Source: Candidatus Bathyarchaeia archaeon (lineage in GTDB: Archaea > Thermoproteota > Bathyarchaeia > 40CM-2-53-6). From it: 64,000 bases of DNA. The position numbers and the translations under genes are program-made. Positions 10,809 through 21,099 of the stretch are shown here, in pieces. The notes under the pieces are model-generated. The model saw only the letters and a program-made list of their open reading frames with translations, was not told the origin of the DNA and searched no databases. Location: contig JBEKFP010000001.1 in assembly GCA_050013255.1 (NCBI GenBank), positions 1,056,001 through 1,120,000 of the forward strand, read 5' to 3'. Position 1 is the stretch's first letter. Each line of letters opens with the position of its first letter.

Positions 10809-11747
10809 CTAACTCCATCGATCCATCACAAAGACCTCGGGCGCGTCGTATGCTGGCTGATTCGGTCTGTGCATTGTCACTTTCAAGAGCGAGACTCGAA
10901 ATCCGTACCGAAGCATAACTCTATAGGCATCCTTGCGGCCGGTGTTGATTCCTGCCATCAGCCTTCCTACGCCCTGTTTTCGTGCATATGCTTCACATGC
11001 TCCAAGAAGCTTCTGGAACGAATTTGGGCTGTGTGACGGGTTGATTCCACCGAACTTTATGTAACATCTGTCGCTTCCCGCCTCGGTATTCTTGCCACAG
11101 TGGCAAACAGCGAAGCACGCTAGCTCGTTCCTATCTGTAATCAGGACGGTATCGCCCAGGCTTTGACTATGAACGGATTCTATTTCCGCCGAAACGTCGA
11201 GACCACGGTAAATGGAATTTGTTAAGTCAATCGTTTGCTCCAAGAATCGCTCACGCTGTTCTACGCTAAGGTTCGAGAATGTCGAGAAGTCGACTGAACC
11301 GTCTTGAGTTTTTACTTGTTTGACTAAAATTGCCGTTAGAAATCTAGGCCAGAAATCGAACTTCTGGTAGAGTTGAATATGTTTGGAACTATCAGGGAAG
11401 GTATCGAGACCGGCAACGGAAACATGCCACTCGTCAAACAGCTTAACGGCCGCCTCGGTGAGTTGCGAAGCTATTCCCCTACCCCAGCAATCGGGTTTGA
11501 CCGCCATTCGCCCGAAGAAACCAATGCTCCCCCATTTCGTAATCACGGTAGTTCCAACGATCGCTCCTTCCTCCTCCGCTACGAGAACTGTGCTTGTTCG
11601 GCCCTTCCAGCGAGCCTTCAACATGTCACGGTCTCCAAAGCTCTGCAGCGGATCCTCAAGACCGTCTTGAGTTCCAAACGCGAGCCTGAGAACCAGATCA
11701 GCAACGTCCAGCTCCTCTTCTTTGACAGGGCGGATGAACATTGACAA
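10809..11747 (-). CDS. Tandem GNAT N-acetyltransferase
   Basis: AVKPDCWGRGIASQL acetyl-CoA motif, LYQKFDF, second GNAT-like half. Confidence 0.85.
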   Translation of the reverse strand: MSMFIRPVKEEELDVADLVLRLAFGTQDGLEDPLQSFGDRDMLKARWKGRTSTVLVAEEEGAIVGTTVITKWGSIGFFGRMAVKPDCWGRGIASQLTEAAVKLFDEWHVSVAGLDTFPDSSKHIQLYQKFDFWPRFLTAILVKQVKTQDGSVDFSTFSNLSVEQRERFLEQTIDLTNSIYRGLDVSAEIESVHSQSLGDTVLITDRNELACFAVCHCGKNTEAGSDRCYIKFGGINPSHSPNSFQKLLGACEAYARKQGVGRLMAGINTGRKDAYRVMLRYGFRVSLLKVTMHRPNQPAYDAPEVFVMDRWS

Positions 11748-11919
11748 CAGAACTTCCTAAGGGGAAAGCACGCTAATGGTCGCTTAAATCATTCCCTACC
11801 TTCCACGAAAAATATTGGTTAAAGTGGGGCTTAGTCATCTTCGTGTTTGCAAACTGAACAAAGAAGATTAATAACGTGAGGCAACTCGGACGGACATATT
11901 TCAATTCAGGTGCAATCAA

Positions 11920-12179
11920 ATGAAGAAGGAACTCAAAGGCGTGATGGCATTAGTGCCAACCCCTCTCACAGAAGATGGGAAGATATTCGATCTGAGATAG
12001 ACTTCGTAATGAAGAACGGTTGCTCTTCCGCTGGCGTCCTCGCAGGGATCGGCGAAGGTTATCTGATGTCCCACCAGGACTGGACGATCGTGGCAAAGAC
12101 AGCTATCGACCACATGAACATGAATGAGTTCACCTACCGGGCACCTGTCCCAAACGGGTCCACGAACGTGTTTTGGTAA
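11920..12179 (+). pseudogene. DapA/NAL (DHDPS-family) N-terminal remnant, frameshifted
   Basis: AGGTG SD, then ATG 11920 MKKELKGVMALVPTPLTEDGKI; continues in another frame as IRSEIDFVMKNG..AGVLAGIGEGYLMS..W..VAK; truncated. Confidence 0.75.
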
Positions 12180-12194
12180 GGTTCTTCAAGATCG

Positions 12195-13352
12195 TCAACA
12201 TCGTGGTAATCGTAACTTGTTTAGGGCTGCCTCGATTCTACGCAATGCTTCCTCCAGAATCTCTCTTGGGCGAGTGAAGCTAAGCTTAATGTATCCTTCT
12301 GACCTCGTTCCAAAGAAACTCTGTCCTGATTCGCTTAGAATATGTGCTTCCTTCAAGAGGTAATCGGAAAAATCCTCAGACGATATTCCGAACTCTGCTA
12401 TATTTGGAAACGCAGCGAAACCCCCCTCTGGTTTCAAGCATCTCATGTTCCCTATTCTGTTCAGTCCATCGACAAATAGGTCTCTTCGCATTCCGTACGC
12501 TCTCACGGCTTCTTCGATCCAACCCTGAGGCCCTTGAAGAGCAGCCAACGCGGCACTTTGCGCTATTTCGCTCACACTGACCGTCATGTGCAACTGTATG
12601 TTAGCCATTTTCTCTATAATCGGCTCTGGCCCGGCCACGTAGCCAACCCTGTATCCTGGCATGTTGTATCCTTTCGCAAAACCATTAACAGTCAGTGTAC
12701 GGCCTTCCATGCTAGGCAGCGATCCAACACTGAAATTCTTCCTTCCATCGTAGACTACTTTCTCGAATATCTCATCCGACAGAACCAGCAGATCGTGCGT
12801 AACAGCTATCTCAGCTATACGCTCAAGATCGCCCTCATCGACGATTGCCCCCGTTGGATTTTCCGGCGACACGATTACTATCATCTTCGTTTTGCCCGTT
12901 ATCGACTTTTCCACAGCCTCAGGATCTATCTTGAATTTCCTCTCCTCACCCGTAGGCACATACACTACTCTGCCTCCAGCCATCATGACGTTCGGTTCAT
13001 ATCCGGCTACATATCCAGGATTGCCCATTATGACCTGGTCGCCCGGATCGATCATCGACCATATAGCCAAGTATATTGCTTCTGACCCTCCGGTAGTTAC
13101 CAACATCTCCGTTTCAGGATCGACCTTGAGCCCATTTTCCCGTTCTAGTTTCTCAGCTATGGCCACTCTCAGCTCTCGCATACCAAAGAATCTGTAGCTA
13201 TGCATTCTATCCACAGCGTCCTTAGCCGCGTCGACTACATGCCTAGGCAGAGGATGTTCGTTTGACCAGTTAGGTCTCAGGTTTATGAGATCCGCGTAGC
13301 CGCTAGCTATTCTCGTGAGCTGATCAAGCCTATTCTTGTGCTTCGCCGCCAT
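12195..13352 (-). CDS. PLP aminotransferase class I/II (second paralog)
   Basis: SPENPTG, SDEIFE, NGFAKGYNMPGYRVGY; start likely ATG 13352 or 13370 rather than 13493. Confidence 0.88.
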   Translation of the reverse strand: MAAKHKNRLDQLTRIASGYADLINLRPNWSNEHPLPRHVVDAAKDAVDRMHSYRFFGMRELRVAIAEKLERENGLKVDPETEMLVTTGGSEAIYLAIWSMIDPGDQVIMGNPGYVAGYEPNVMMAGGRVVYVPTGEERKFKIDPEAVEKSITGKTKMIVIVSPENPTGAIVDEGDLERIAEIAVTHDLLVLSDEIFEKVVYDGRKNFSVGSLPSMEGRTLTVNGFAKGYNMPGYRVGYVAGPEPIIEKMANIQLHMTVSVSEIAQSAALAALQGPQGWIEEAVRAYGMRRDLFVDGLNRIGNMRCLKPEGGFAAFPNIAEFGISSEDFSDYLLKEAHILSESGQSFFGTRSEGYIKLSFTRPREILEEALRRIEAALNKLRLPRC

Positions 13353-13960
13353 TTCCGTCCTTCTTGCCATAACCGTCAGCAAGAAAATCCGACTCGCCAG
13401 AATGGTCACGGTGGATTCCGGCGCGTATTTATGACTTATGTTCATACCTTGAAATCTACGCTTTCGCCACGCTTGGCCATTGCTGGAATCCACGTTTCCC
13501 CAGACTTTGGAATCGAATTGTTAGCTTCACATTGGAGGAGGTTCCTGTGGATGTCTGTGTGGCTGAGACCGCCTTCCTTGTTGTAGTTGTAGGTATCCTA
13601 CGATGCGTCATGATCGCGAATTCCTCGTCCCTCTGAGTTGAAGCGAGAGGCTCTCGGTAGGGTTCGATGGATCGTATTGGGTTTGTGGGATTGACGTCTG
13701 CCTACTATCTTTCTCGCAGATGCGACACTGGCGGTCGATAGTTTTCTCGCTGGTTCTCAATGTTGTTGCAATGTGTTAGACTTGTCTTTCCAATTTTCTG
13801 TTACAATCTAACATAGTCTCTTCTCGGCTCTATCCAACGCACCACTTTCCTCGACTTTCCTCCCCTTCCAAACCACATAGTCCGGAACATATCAGAATGG
13901 TCAAGTTAAATATCCGGCATCGAGGAGGAAGCTTATCTGCTCTAAACAACGCGCCAACAG

Positions 13961-15115
13961 GTGGCTCAGAAGTTGAATACAATCCTTGTCGTTGGTCTTG
14001 GTGATATTGGCGAACACATATTGGAATTCCTAGTCAGGATCCCTGAAATTTCAAAAATATATGGGGCGGATAGAAATGAACCTCGGTTCAGGTCCAAGAT
14101 CTACAGCGCACTCTCCGGCGCAATTCATCAGGGCTTCTATCCCCAAGTCGAGTTCCTGAGCTTGGACCTGAACGACATCGATTCTACAGCAAGGACGTTA
14201 AGTGAAATTGAGCCAGATATAGTGGTGACTTCAGCTGCATTGAAGACTTGGTGGGCTCCCCAGGCGTCCATGCCCTTTGAGGTTTTCCGAAAGCTCGACG
14301 AAGCAGGATTTGGTCCATGGCTACCGCTTCATTTCACATTGGTATACAAACTCATGAAGGCGGTGAGGAAATCAGGGATTGAGACTCATGTGATTAACTG
14401 TAGTTTTCCAGATGCCGTGAATGCGGTGCTGGGAAAACTAGGCATGGCGCCAACAGTGGGCTTAGGTAACTGTGATCTGTTCCTCCCTTGGTTGCGGAAG
14501 ATCGTTGCCGACAGGCTCAGCGTGCCAGTATCGGACGTGCAGCTCTACTTTGTAGGGCACCACTTTCTTGTTCATGCACTAGGTGCATACCAGAGTACAC
14601 TCGGATGCCCGTACCGCATGAACGTGGTCGTCGGTGACAGAGACGTCACGAATCTTTTCAATCCTGATAAGCTATTAATCGACGCAAATGCACATATGCC
14701 AAAGGGAAAGGATGATCACTTCATAGTCGCAGCCTCGGCTGTAAAGAACGTGATGGGAATTCTCCAAGATACGAATCAGCTTGCGTATGCTCCGGGGCCA
14801 GAAGGATTACCTGGAGGGTATCCTATTCGTCTCTCACGAGAAGGAGCTAAAGTGGAGCTTCCAGCTGGACTAGGCAGAAGAGAGGCTATTCGAGTTAACC
14901 AAGACTCTCAACTGCTGGATGGAATCGAAAGAATAGAAGATGACGGCACCGTTGTTTTTTCGGCCAAAGCTAATCAGATAATGTCAGAGTTGCTCGGATA
15001 CCAATGCACTCGACTCGCACCGGAAGAAAATGAAGTGAGGGCGAAAGAACTGCTTGCAGCTTACGATCTATTTGTTGCTAAGTATCGGACCTTATCATCT
15101 GGTCGCGAGCGATAG
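13961..15115 (+). CDS. Uncharacterised NAD(P)-binding Rossmann-fold protein (possibly LDH/MDH-like)
   Basis: N-terminal VVGLGDIG...YGAD; INCSFPDAVN..G.GN; PGP.GLPGGYP. Confidence 0.6.
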   Translation: MAQKLNTILVVGLGDIGEHILEFLVRIPEISKIYGADRNEPRFRSKIYSALSGAIHQGFYPQVEFLSLDLNDIDSTARTLSEIEPDIVVTSAALKTWWAPQASMPFEVFRKLDEAGFGPWLPLHFTLVYKLMKAVRKSGIETHVINCSFPDAVNAVLGKLGMAPTVGLGNCDLFLPWLRKIVADRLSVPVSDVQLYFVGHHFLVHALGAYQSTLGCPYRMNVVVGDRDVTNLFNPDKLLIDANAHMPKGKDDHFIVAASAVKNVMGILQDTNQLAYAPGPEGLPGGYPIRLSREGAKVELPAGLGRREAIRVNQDSQLLDGIERIEDDGTVVFSAKANQIMSELLGYQCTRLAPEENEVRAKELLAAYDLFVAKYRTLSSGRER

Positions 15116-15271
15116 GGCAAGGAACAGCAACTAACGTTTCGCTAGCGTTGTGAAGACTGACAAAGAGGCATCTGGCAGAGTTGATGCTCGAGCACATTGC
15201 AGTGCATACTCTACTTTTAGATCACACTTTATTGTTATATGCGCCCCTTCGAGCTTCGCCCTGTGATTGAA

Positions 15272-16078
15272 ATGGTCAAATTGTATGAGCTGACTTGGAG
15301 ACAAGCGAAAAAAGCCTTCCAGGAAACGAGCACCGCAATAATCCCGACAGGAAGCAATGAACAGCACGGCCCGCATCTGCCACTTGGTACGGATTGGATT
15401 GTCGCTAACGAGATTGCGAACAGACTTTCCGACAAGACAAAAGCAATAGTGCTTCCGGTAGTTCCCTATGGATACGCTGAGTATCACATGGACTTTCCTG
15501 GCACAATCTATCTTGACAAAGAGACGTTTCGTGTCCTACTGATGGATATGTGTAGATCCCTGAACAGATGGGGCATTTCGCGAATCTTGTTTGTGAACGG
15601 GCATGGCGGCAACATGGATACGTTGCACACGGTTAGCATGAAAATAAGAAAGAAATACGGTATGTTGGCAGCGGCTGCTCAGTGGTGGGAAATGCTGCCC
15701 CAGAAAATCGGAGGGGAGATTACAGAGACCCATGGAGGCACAGTAGAGACAGCGATAGTTCGCACAATAAACCCAAACATTGTTGATATGGCCGTTGCAT
15801 TCGTTCCGAAAGTAAAGTCCTTGACGAACAAGATTGAAACCATATCGATCGTGCAGTCTAGATTCGAAGATGGCTTGATGCGAATTTACTATAGGGTGGG
15901 CGACGTATCAGAGGCAGGATCGATGACCGAGACTGAAGGCGCCACCGATGTTAAAGACTTCAGCACAGCGACTCCTGAGTTGGGGAAGGAACTCTTAGAC
16001 AAGGTAGTCAACCAATTAGCGAAATTCATCCCTGAATTCGAAAAGATCGAGGTACCGAAAACGCAAGAGGAACCCTGA
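15272..16078 (+). CDS. Creatininase family amidohydrolase
   Basis: PTGSNEQHGPHLPLGTD, H..FPGTI, NGHGGN, HGG..ET. Confidence 0.92.
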   Translation: MVKLYELTWRQAKKAFQETSTAIIPTGSNEQHGPHLPLGTDWIVANEIANRLSDKTKAIVLPVVPYGYAEYHMDFPGTIYLDKETFRVLLMDMCRSLNRWGISRILFVNGHGGNMDTLHTVSMKIRKKYGMLAAAAQWWEMLPQKIGGEITETHGGTVETAIVRTINPNIVDMAVAFVPKVKSLTNKIETISIVQSRFEDGLMRIYYRVGDVSEAGSMTETEGATDVKDFSTATPELGKELLDKVVNQLAKFIPEFEKIEVPKTQEEP

Positions 16079-16351
16079 ACTTTCCGTGCCTCCTCGTTAT
16101 GCGACAGAAATCGCACTGGATGTTTTCAACTCAGTGGGATACTTTTTGCCCGTGTCCTTGTTCTGAATTCTGTCCCTTGCAGTCCCTGAAGGAGCGACCA
16201 TGTGAAACTCAACGACCGAGAATCGGTCCGTGATGTTGAAAACATCATAGTGATTTCTGTAGCTGATTCCCATTTTAGGCTGCCAATGTGATCGTTCATT
16301 TCGAGCAAAACTTCATCACTGACATTATGCAGACATGATTAGGAGTAGCTC

Positions 16352-17251
16352 ATGAGAGAAACTGCGGTCCGACACGTTGATGTATTCACTGATGAAATTT
16401 TCTCTGGAAATCCCCTGACAGTCATTCCTGAAGCTGAAGGTCTGTCAGATTCTCAGATGCAACAAATCGCTAGTGAGTTTGGAACACCAGAGACAGCTTT
16501 CATTCTTGCAAGTGAAGGGCACGACTATCGACTCCGAATATTCAGTCCGATTAAGGAGATTCCTTTCGCCGGACACCCAATAATCGGAGCTGCACACGTT
16601 TTCGTTTCAGAGATCAGTAAGTCGCACGGGAGAAGGTTGATGCATGAAACCGGCATCGGCGTCCTACAAATCGATGTGATGGGCGACCAACCTCCACATA
16701 AGTTAATCATGGATCAAGGAAAACCAAGAATTTTAGGCAAATTGGACGAAGAGCATCTCAAAGGGCTATGTGACGCCCTCACACTTGACCGTAAAGGAAC
16801 CTCGTCGGACTCATCTCCACAAATAATCAGTACCGGCCTCCCGCAGCTTTTCATTCAAGTGAACGGATTAGGTGACCTATCCCACCTTTCGCCCGATTTT
16901 AACAAGATCACGAAAATCGAAAATGAACTCGGACTGACCGGGGTCGGAGTCTTCACGTTGGAAACAGTGAACAGTGACGCGTCCGCTCACCTGCGGTTCT
17001 TTGTGCCGAGCATAGGAATCAGCGAAGATGCTGCTGCCGGAAGCGCTGCGGGTGGCCTCGGCGCATATATGGCCATTAATGGCCTGGCGACGAAAGAAAG
17101 ATTGCGTGATTTTTCCATTGAGCAAGGCTTCGAGATGGGGAGGCCAAGTAGGCTGTACGTTGAAGTTCAACTCAAAGATGATGCGCCCCAGAACGTGAGA
17201 GTAGGAGGCTACTCGGTTACTGTTTCCAAGGGAGTTATCAACCTCCAATAA
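16352..17251 (+). CDS. PhzF/DAP-epimerase-fold isomerase
   Basis: VDVFT...GNPL, ETAF, LRIFSP..EIPFAGHP, EDAAAGSA, EQG.EMGRPS. Confidence 0.92.
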   Translation: MRETAVRHVDVFTDEIFSGNPLTVIPEAEGLSDSQMQQIASEFGTPETAFILASEGHDYRLRIFSPIKEIPFAGHPIIGAAHVFVSEISKSHGRRLMHETGIGVLQIDVMGDQPPHKLIMDQGKPRILGKLDEEHLKGLCDALTLDRKGTSSDSSPQIISTGLPQLFIQVNGLGDLSHLSPDFNKITKIENELGLTGVGVFTLETVNSDASAHLRFFVPSIGISEDAAAGSAAGGLGAYMAINGLATKERLRDFSIEQGFEMGRPSRLYVEVQLKDDAPQNVRVGGYSVTVSKGVINLQ

Positions 17252-17310
17252 GAGTGGATTTATCGGCGAGAACCAAATAGAAGTTTAAAATTGCACAATT
17301 CGTTCCCTCC

Positions 17311-18417
17311 GTGTTGAGTTCAGCGTTAATGATCACCGATCGCGGAACGAAAGTGGAAGACATTGATACTCCTGCGCTATTGCTAGATTTGGAAAATCTG
17401 GAGCGCAACATCAAGAGGATGGCCGACTACTTTCATGATAAACAAACCAAAATGAGACCACACATCAAAACTCACAAGTGTCCGATCATAGCTCACAAGC
17501 AGATTGCAGCTGGCGCGGAAGGAATTGCATGCCAAAAACTAAGCGAAGCTGAAGTAATGGTTGAATCTGGAATACGTGACGTTCTCATAACTAATCAGGT
17601 GATCGGATGGAACAAAGTACTGCGACTCGCCAAGTTGGCTCACCATAGTACGATTACAGTACTCGTGGACAATACCGAAAACGTGCAACAATTGTCAACA
17701 GCAGCTCAGCAAGAGGGCGTCCAGCTTGGTGTGCTCGAGGAAATAAATGTGGGCATGAATCGTTGCGGAGTCCCTCCTGGCGACGGCGCGGTTGCATTAG
17801 CGCGCGAAATCTCGAATAAGCAAGGTTTGAACTTCAAAGGAATACTCGGCTACGAGGGACATTGTGTATTGATAGACAACTATGAGCACAAGAAAAGTCT
17901 TTGTCTGGAAGCAATGACCAAGAACATCGAGACCAAGAACAAGTTGGAACAATCGGGTCTGCGCGTAGAGAGCGTGCGGGCTGGAGGAACAAGCACGTAC
18001 AATATTACTGGAACATATCCTGGCATAACGGAAGTGCACCCTGGCACATATGCCACAATGGATGCGAAATTCAAGAGCATGGGAATCCCGTTCGATTACG
18101 CAGTCACGCTCTTGACATCGGTGATAAGCAATCCTCAGCCAGGCAGGTTCACGCTAGATGCTGGAATGAAAGCAATCACATCTGAATATGGACTTCCGCA
18201 ACCTAGGAGGGAGGGACTGGAACTGACACACCTATACGAGGAGCATGCTCTCGTGGAAGACAAAAATCTGCAAACCCACCTCGGGCTAGGTGACAAAGTG
18301 GAACTGGTTCCCACCCACGGATGCACTACCATCAACCTGCACGACCAATTTCACTGCGTAAGACACGGGTACTTGGAGTCCGTTTGGAGCATTTCCGCAA
18401 GAGGCAAGGTTTCGTAA
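17311..18417 (+). CDS. DSD1 family PLP enzyme (D-threonine aldolase/D-serine dehydratase-like)
   Basis: DTPALLLD, RPHIKTHK, GYEGH, GGT.TY, EEH, HGCTT.NL. Confidence 0.9.
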   Translation: MLSSALMITDRGTKVEDIDTPALLLDLENLERNIKRMADYFHDKQTKMRPHIKTHKCPIIAHKQIAAGAEGIACQKLSEAEVMVESGIRDVLITNQVIGWNKVLRLAKLAHHSTITVLVDNTENVQQLSTAAQQEGVQLGVLEEINVGMNRCGVPPGDGAVALAREISNKQGLNFKGILGYEGHCVLIDNYEHKKSLCLEAMTKNIETKNKLEQSGLRVESVRAGGTSTYNITGTYPGITEVHPGTYATMDAKFKSMGIPFDYAVTLLTSVISNPQPGRFTLDAGMKAITSEYGLPQPRREGLELTHLYEEHALVEDKNLQTHLGLGDKVELVPTHGCTTINLHDQFHCVRHGYLESVWSISARGKVS

Positions 18418-18424
18418 TAAAGGC

Positions 18425-19354
18425 CTACTTCCCACCGTGAATAGCACGGGATATCGCTAACAGTTTTCGGTCCCGGTCCTTCACTATGTCATCCTGAAGA
18501 TTTCTGTAGTCATAAAACCCTCCACCCGACTTGACACCCATTCTTCCGCTCTCAACCAACCTCTTCAATTTAGCGGGAGGAGTCGAGGAGTTATCCAAGT
18601 CTTTGAAAAGTTCTTCTGACAAATGATAGAAAACATCGAGTCCTCCGAAATCACAAACTCTGAAAGGCCCAAGAATGGGATATCTGAACCCCGGCCCAAA
18701 ACAGACCGCCGTGTCTATGTCTTCGATGCTTGCAACTCCTCTTTCAAGAAGACTAAGTGCTTCACGCAACAACGCGATTTGCAGTCGGTTCCCGACGAAC
18801 CCAGGAATCGGCTTCAGAATTGTTATAGGTTTCTTACCGATTTCGGTCAAAATCCTTCGAGTGCGTTCCAAGGTCTCTCCCGTTGTGTTTTTCCCTGTCA
18901 TGATTTCAACCAGAGGGATAATCTGTGGGGGATTCCACCAATTGGTTCCAATTACCCTGTCTGAGGTTCGCATTTTAGAAGAAATGTCCGTCACGCTTAG
19001 GCCCGAGGTATTTGATGCAAGAACCGCATCTCGAGGTGCCGAGGCCTCTAACAGATTGAAAATCTTCCTCTTAGTTGCCAAGTCTTCAGTAACTGCTTCA
19101 GTAACATAGTCGACACTCTCTACTGCTTGGCGTGGGTCGAGGGTTGTATGGATTCTTGCAATAGTTTTCTCCGACTCCTTTGGTTTCAGGAGATGTACTT
19201 CTTCTAACAAAGACAAGTTCGCTTTGACCTGCTTGAGCGCATGTTGGAGGATATCTTCTCTAACGTCAGCAAGCCAAACTTCGTATCCGCTCTGAGAGAA
19301 GGCTTGTGCTATGCCACGTCCCATCGTACCTGCTCCTATTACGGCGGTCTTCAG
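18425..19354 (-). CDS. 3-hydroxyacyl-CoA dehydrogenase family protein (probable CTG start)
   Basis: KTAVIGAGTMGRGIA needs a start upstream of ATG 19324; ASNTSGLS, PGFVGNRLQ, GVKSG.GFY. Confidence 0.88.
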   Translation of the reverse strand: MKTAVIGAGTMGRGIAQAFSQSGYEVWLADVREDILQHALKQVKANLSLLEEVHLLKPKESEKTIARIHTTLDPRQAVESVDYVTEAVTEDLATKRKIFNLLEASAPRDAVLASNTSGLSVTDISSKMRTSDRVIGTNWWNPPQIIPLVEIMTGKNTTGETLERTRRILTEIGKKPITILKPIPGFVGNRLQIALLREALSLLERGVASIEDIDTAVCFGPGFRYPILGPFRVCDFGGLDVFYHLSEELFKDLDNSSTPPAKLKRLVESGRMGVKSGGGFYDYRNLQDDIVKDRDRKLLAISRAIHGGK

Positions 19355-19633
19355 AGATGATCACTCACATGCTGTTTCAGATTCACCGTCCGATTAGGGT
19401 TTTCGGTGTGTGAATTAACCAAGGACTCCTACTGGAAGATTGCCGAACGTACCTGACCCCGAAGCGAAGTCCTTCTTGTCTGTGCGCACAGACAGGCATT
19501 AATGAGAAACGTCCCGTCACTTACTCTGATTTATGGCAGTTTGTCAGGACTGAGGAAGAATTCAGGGGGAAACAGACTCTAATATAGCTTGGCAAAAAAC
19601 TGGGCAAAAAGCGCTTAAACCGATACAGTCGAT

Positions 19634-20302
19634 TTATCGTCTTAGTATTGCGCCTGAGGGTGATGTTACGAGTATCCACATGGCTTCTTCGGGTATGAGC
19701 ATCGTGGTGCTTGTCGCCCGAATCCATGCTCCGCTAGGGTTATCGTAAATCCACACATTGTTCTCATCGTAACTTCCAGAAATACTTGACAAGTATTGCC
19801 CTACGGTCTCGTTCTGGATGATGGGTTGAGGTTTGAACCCTACAAGATTCCAACCAACTTTGACTTGATATGTAGGTGGTGCTGCGCCAGGCGGGATCAC
19901 GTAACCATCAATGTATAATGTGTCTGCGGTTCGCATGTAAATCAAGTAACCATTCCCGTCAGCCATCGTAGTCAATGTGCTTGGTTTTCCTGGCGTGAAT
20001 ACAAGCCAAGACTTCGACGAGGCTGAATAAGTCCAAACCGAAATAACTTCGTTACTTGCGATTTGTGACCTCAGTAAACTCGGAATTGAAGTGCTGTTGG
20101 GTATGATTGGAAGTGAAATCAGATTCCACCCAGACTTGAGCGTAATTGCGATCAGCGAATGGAAGTTCGCTGTTTCATTCACGGGCCCGTTCATCATGAT
20201 GAAACGTGTATATGATCCACTGCCTGCACCGTTCCATGATGAAAACGCGTATCCTTTAGCCGCGTTGGCCTGAATTGTGCTGGATACTCTGCACCAGTTC
20301 AT
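19634..20302 (-). pseudogene. C-terminal remnant of a large surface protein (degenerate InlB-B-like repeat plus LxxGWNL repeats)
   Basis: GYAFSSWNG.GSGSYT..MNGPVNETANF; LKSGWNLISLP; VGWNLVGF; no signal peptide. Confidence 0.5.
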
Positions 20303-20484
20303 CAGAAAGATGTTATCAACTCATACGAGTACGCAGGCTAGTTCATGGTCGTAAACCTTCTTTCGTGTTCCTTCTAGGTCGTTATACGGCAATACTATCG
20401 TTATCCGCCGTCAAGGCACCAGACTGAGCACTATCAAGAGGATGCTGAACGGTTACATGTAACGTGTCATACCAACCGTGCCAA

Positions 20485-20766
20485 TTAGCTTCGAATTTTC
20501 CGAGCGCCCTCCACTAACGATTGGGCTTTTGACATATCGAATATGGGGAGAAATTCACGATATTTGGTACTCGACGAGCCCTTTCTCTGTTCGAGCCCGC
20601 TCTTCCGAATATTGTCATCCATCTTGTCGTAGTCGTACGTAACATCCAGGTTTTCACCGCAATCTGCGCACATGTATTTGATCTTTCTTGGATCGTATTG
20701 CTTGCCGCATCCTACACATCGAAGATCAACGACGAAACTCAATCCTGTTACGCCAAGAGAATCCAA
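20485..20766 (-). pseudogene. Threonine synthase-like N-terminal (Zn-ribbon) remnant
   Basis: SFVVDLRCVGC..CADCGENLDVTYDY..KYREFLPI..SLVEG, then stop; paralog of the N-terminus of 38245-39492. Confidence 0.8.
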
Positions 20767-20864
20767 TCTACTGGCCTATCTGGGGTTATTTCCATCCTTC
20801 ACGCGAGACAATGAAGCACTTAAATGAAGACCTCAAGCAGAATGTCTCGGAGTGAGCTCGAGTT

Positions 20865-21089
20865 TTGAATCCGGAACGGGTGACTATTGACGACCTCAGA
20901 AAAATCATGAAACTTATGACTGTAAGATTTGATGAAAACCGACTTGATCTAGTGACGGCGGCTCTGAATCAGGCCCTCGAAATGCTTCAACCCCTTGCGA
21001 AGCTTCTTCTTCCGAAAGAGCTCGAACCAACCACTTACCTCGCAAGGATAAAGGACGCTGGAAGGGTGGCGCGCTCTGAAAATATCTGA
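20865..21089 (+). CDS. Small GatC/AtzG-like amidase partner protein
   Basis: 74 aa, VTIDDLRKIMKL...L.QAL..L....LEP pattern; directly upstream of the amidase. Confidence 0.55.
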   Translation: MNPERVTIDDLRKIMKLMTVRFDENRLDLVTAALNQALEMLQPLAKLLLPKELEPTTYLARIKDAGRVARSENI

Positions 21090-21099
21090 ACTGCGGAAA

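Noticed and set aside
20452-20463. 12-bp palindrome GTTACATGTAAC
   Set aside because: Single occurrence between two remnants; spacing differs from the cdc48 motif.
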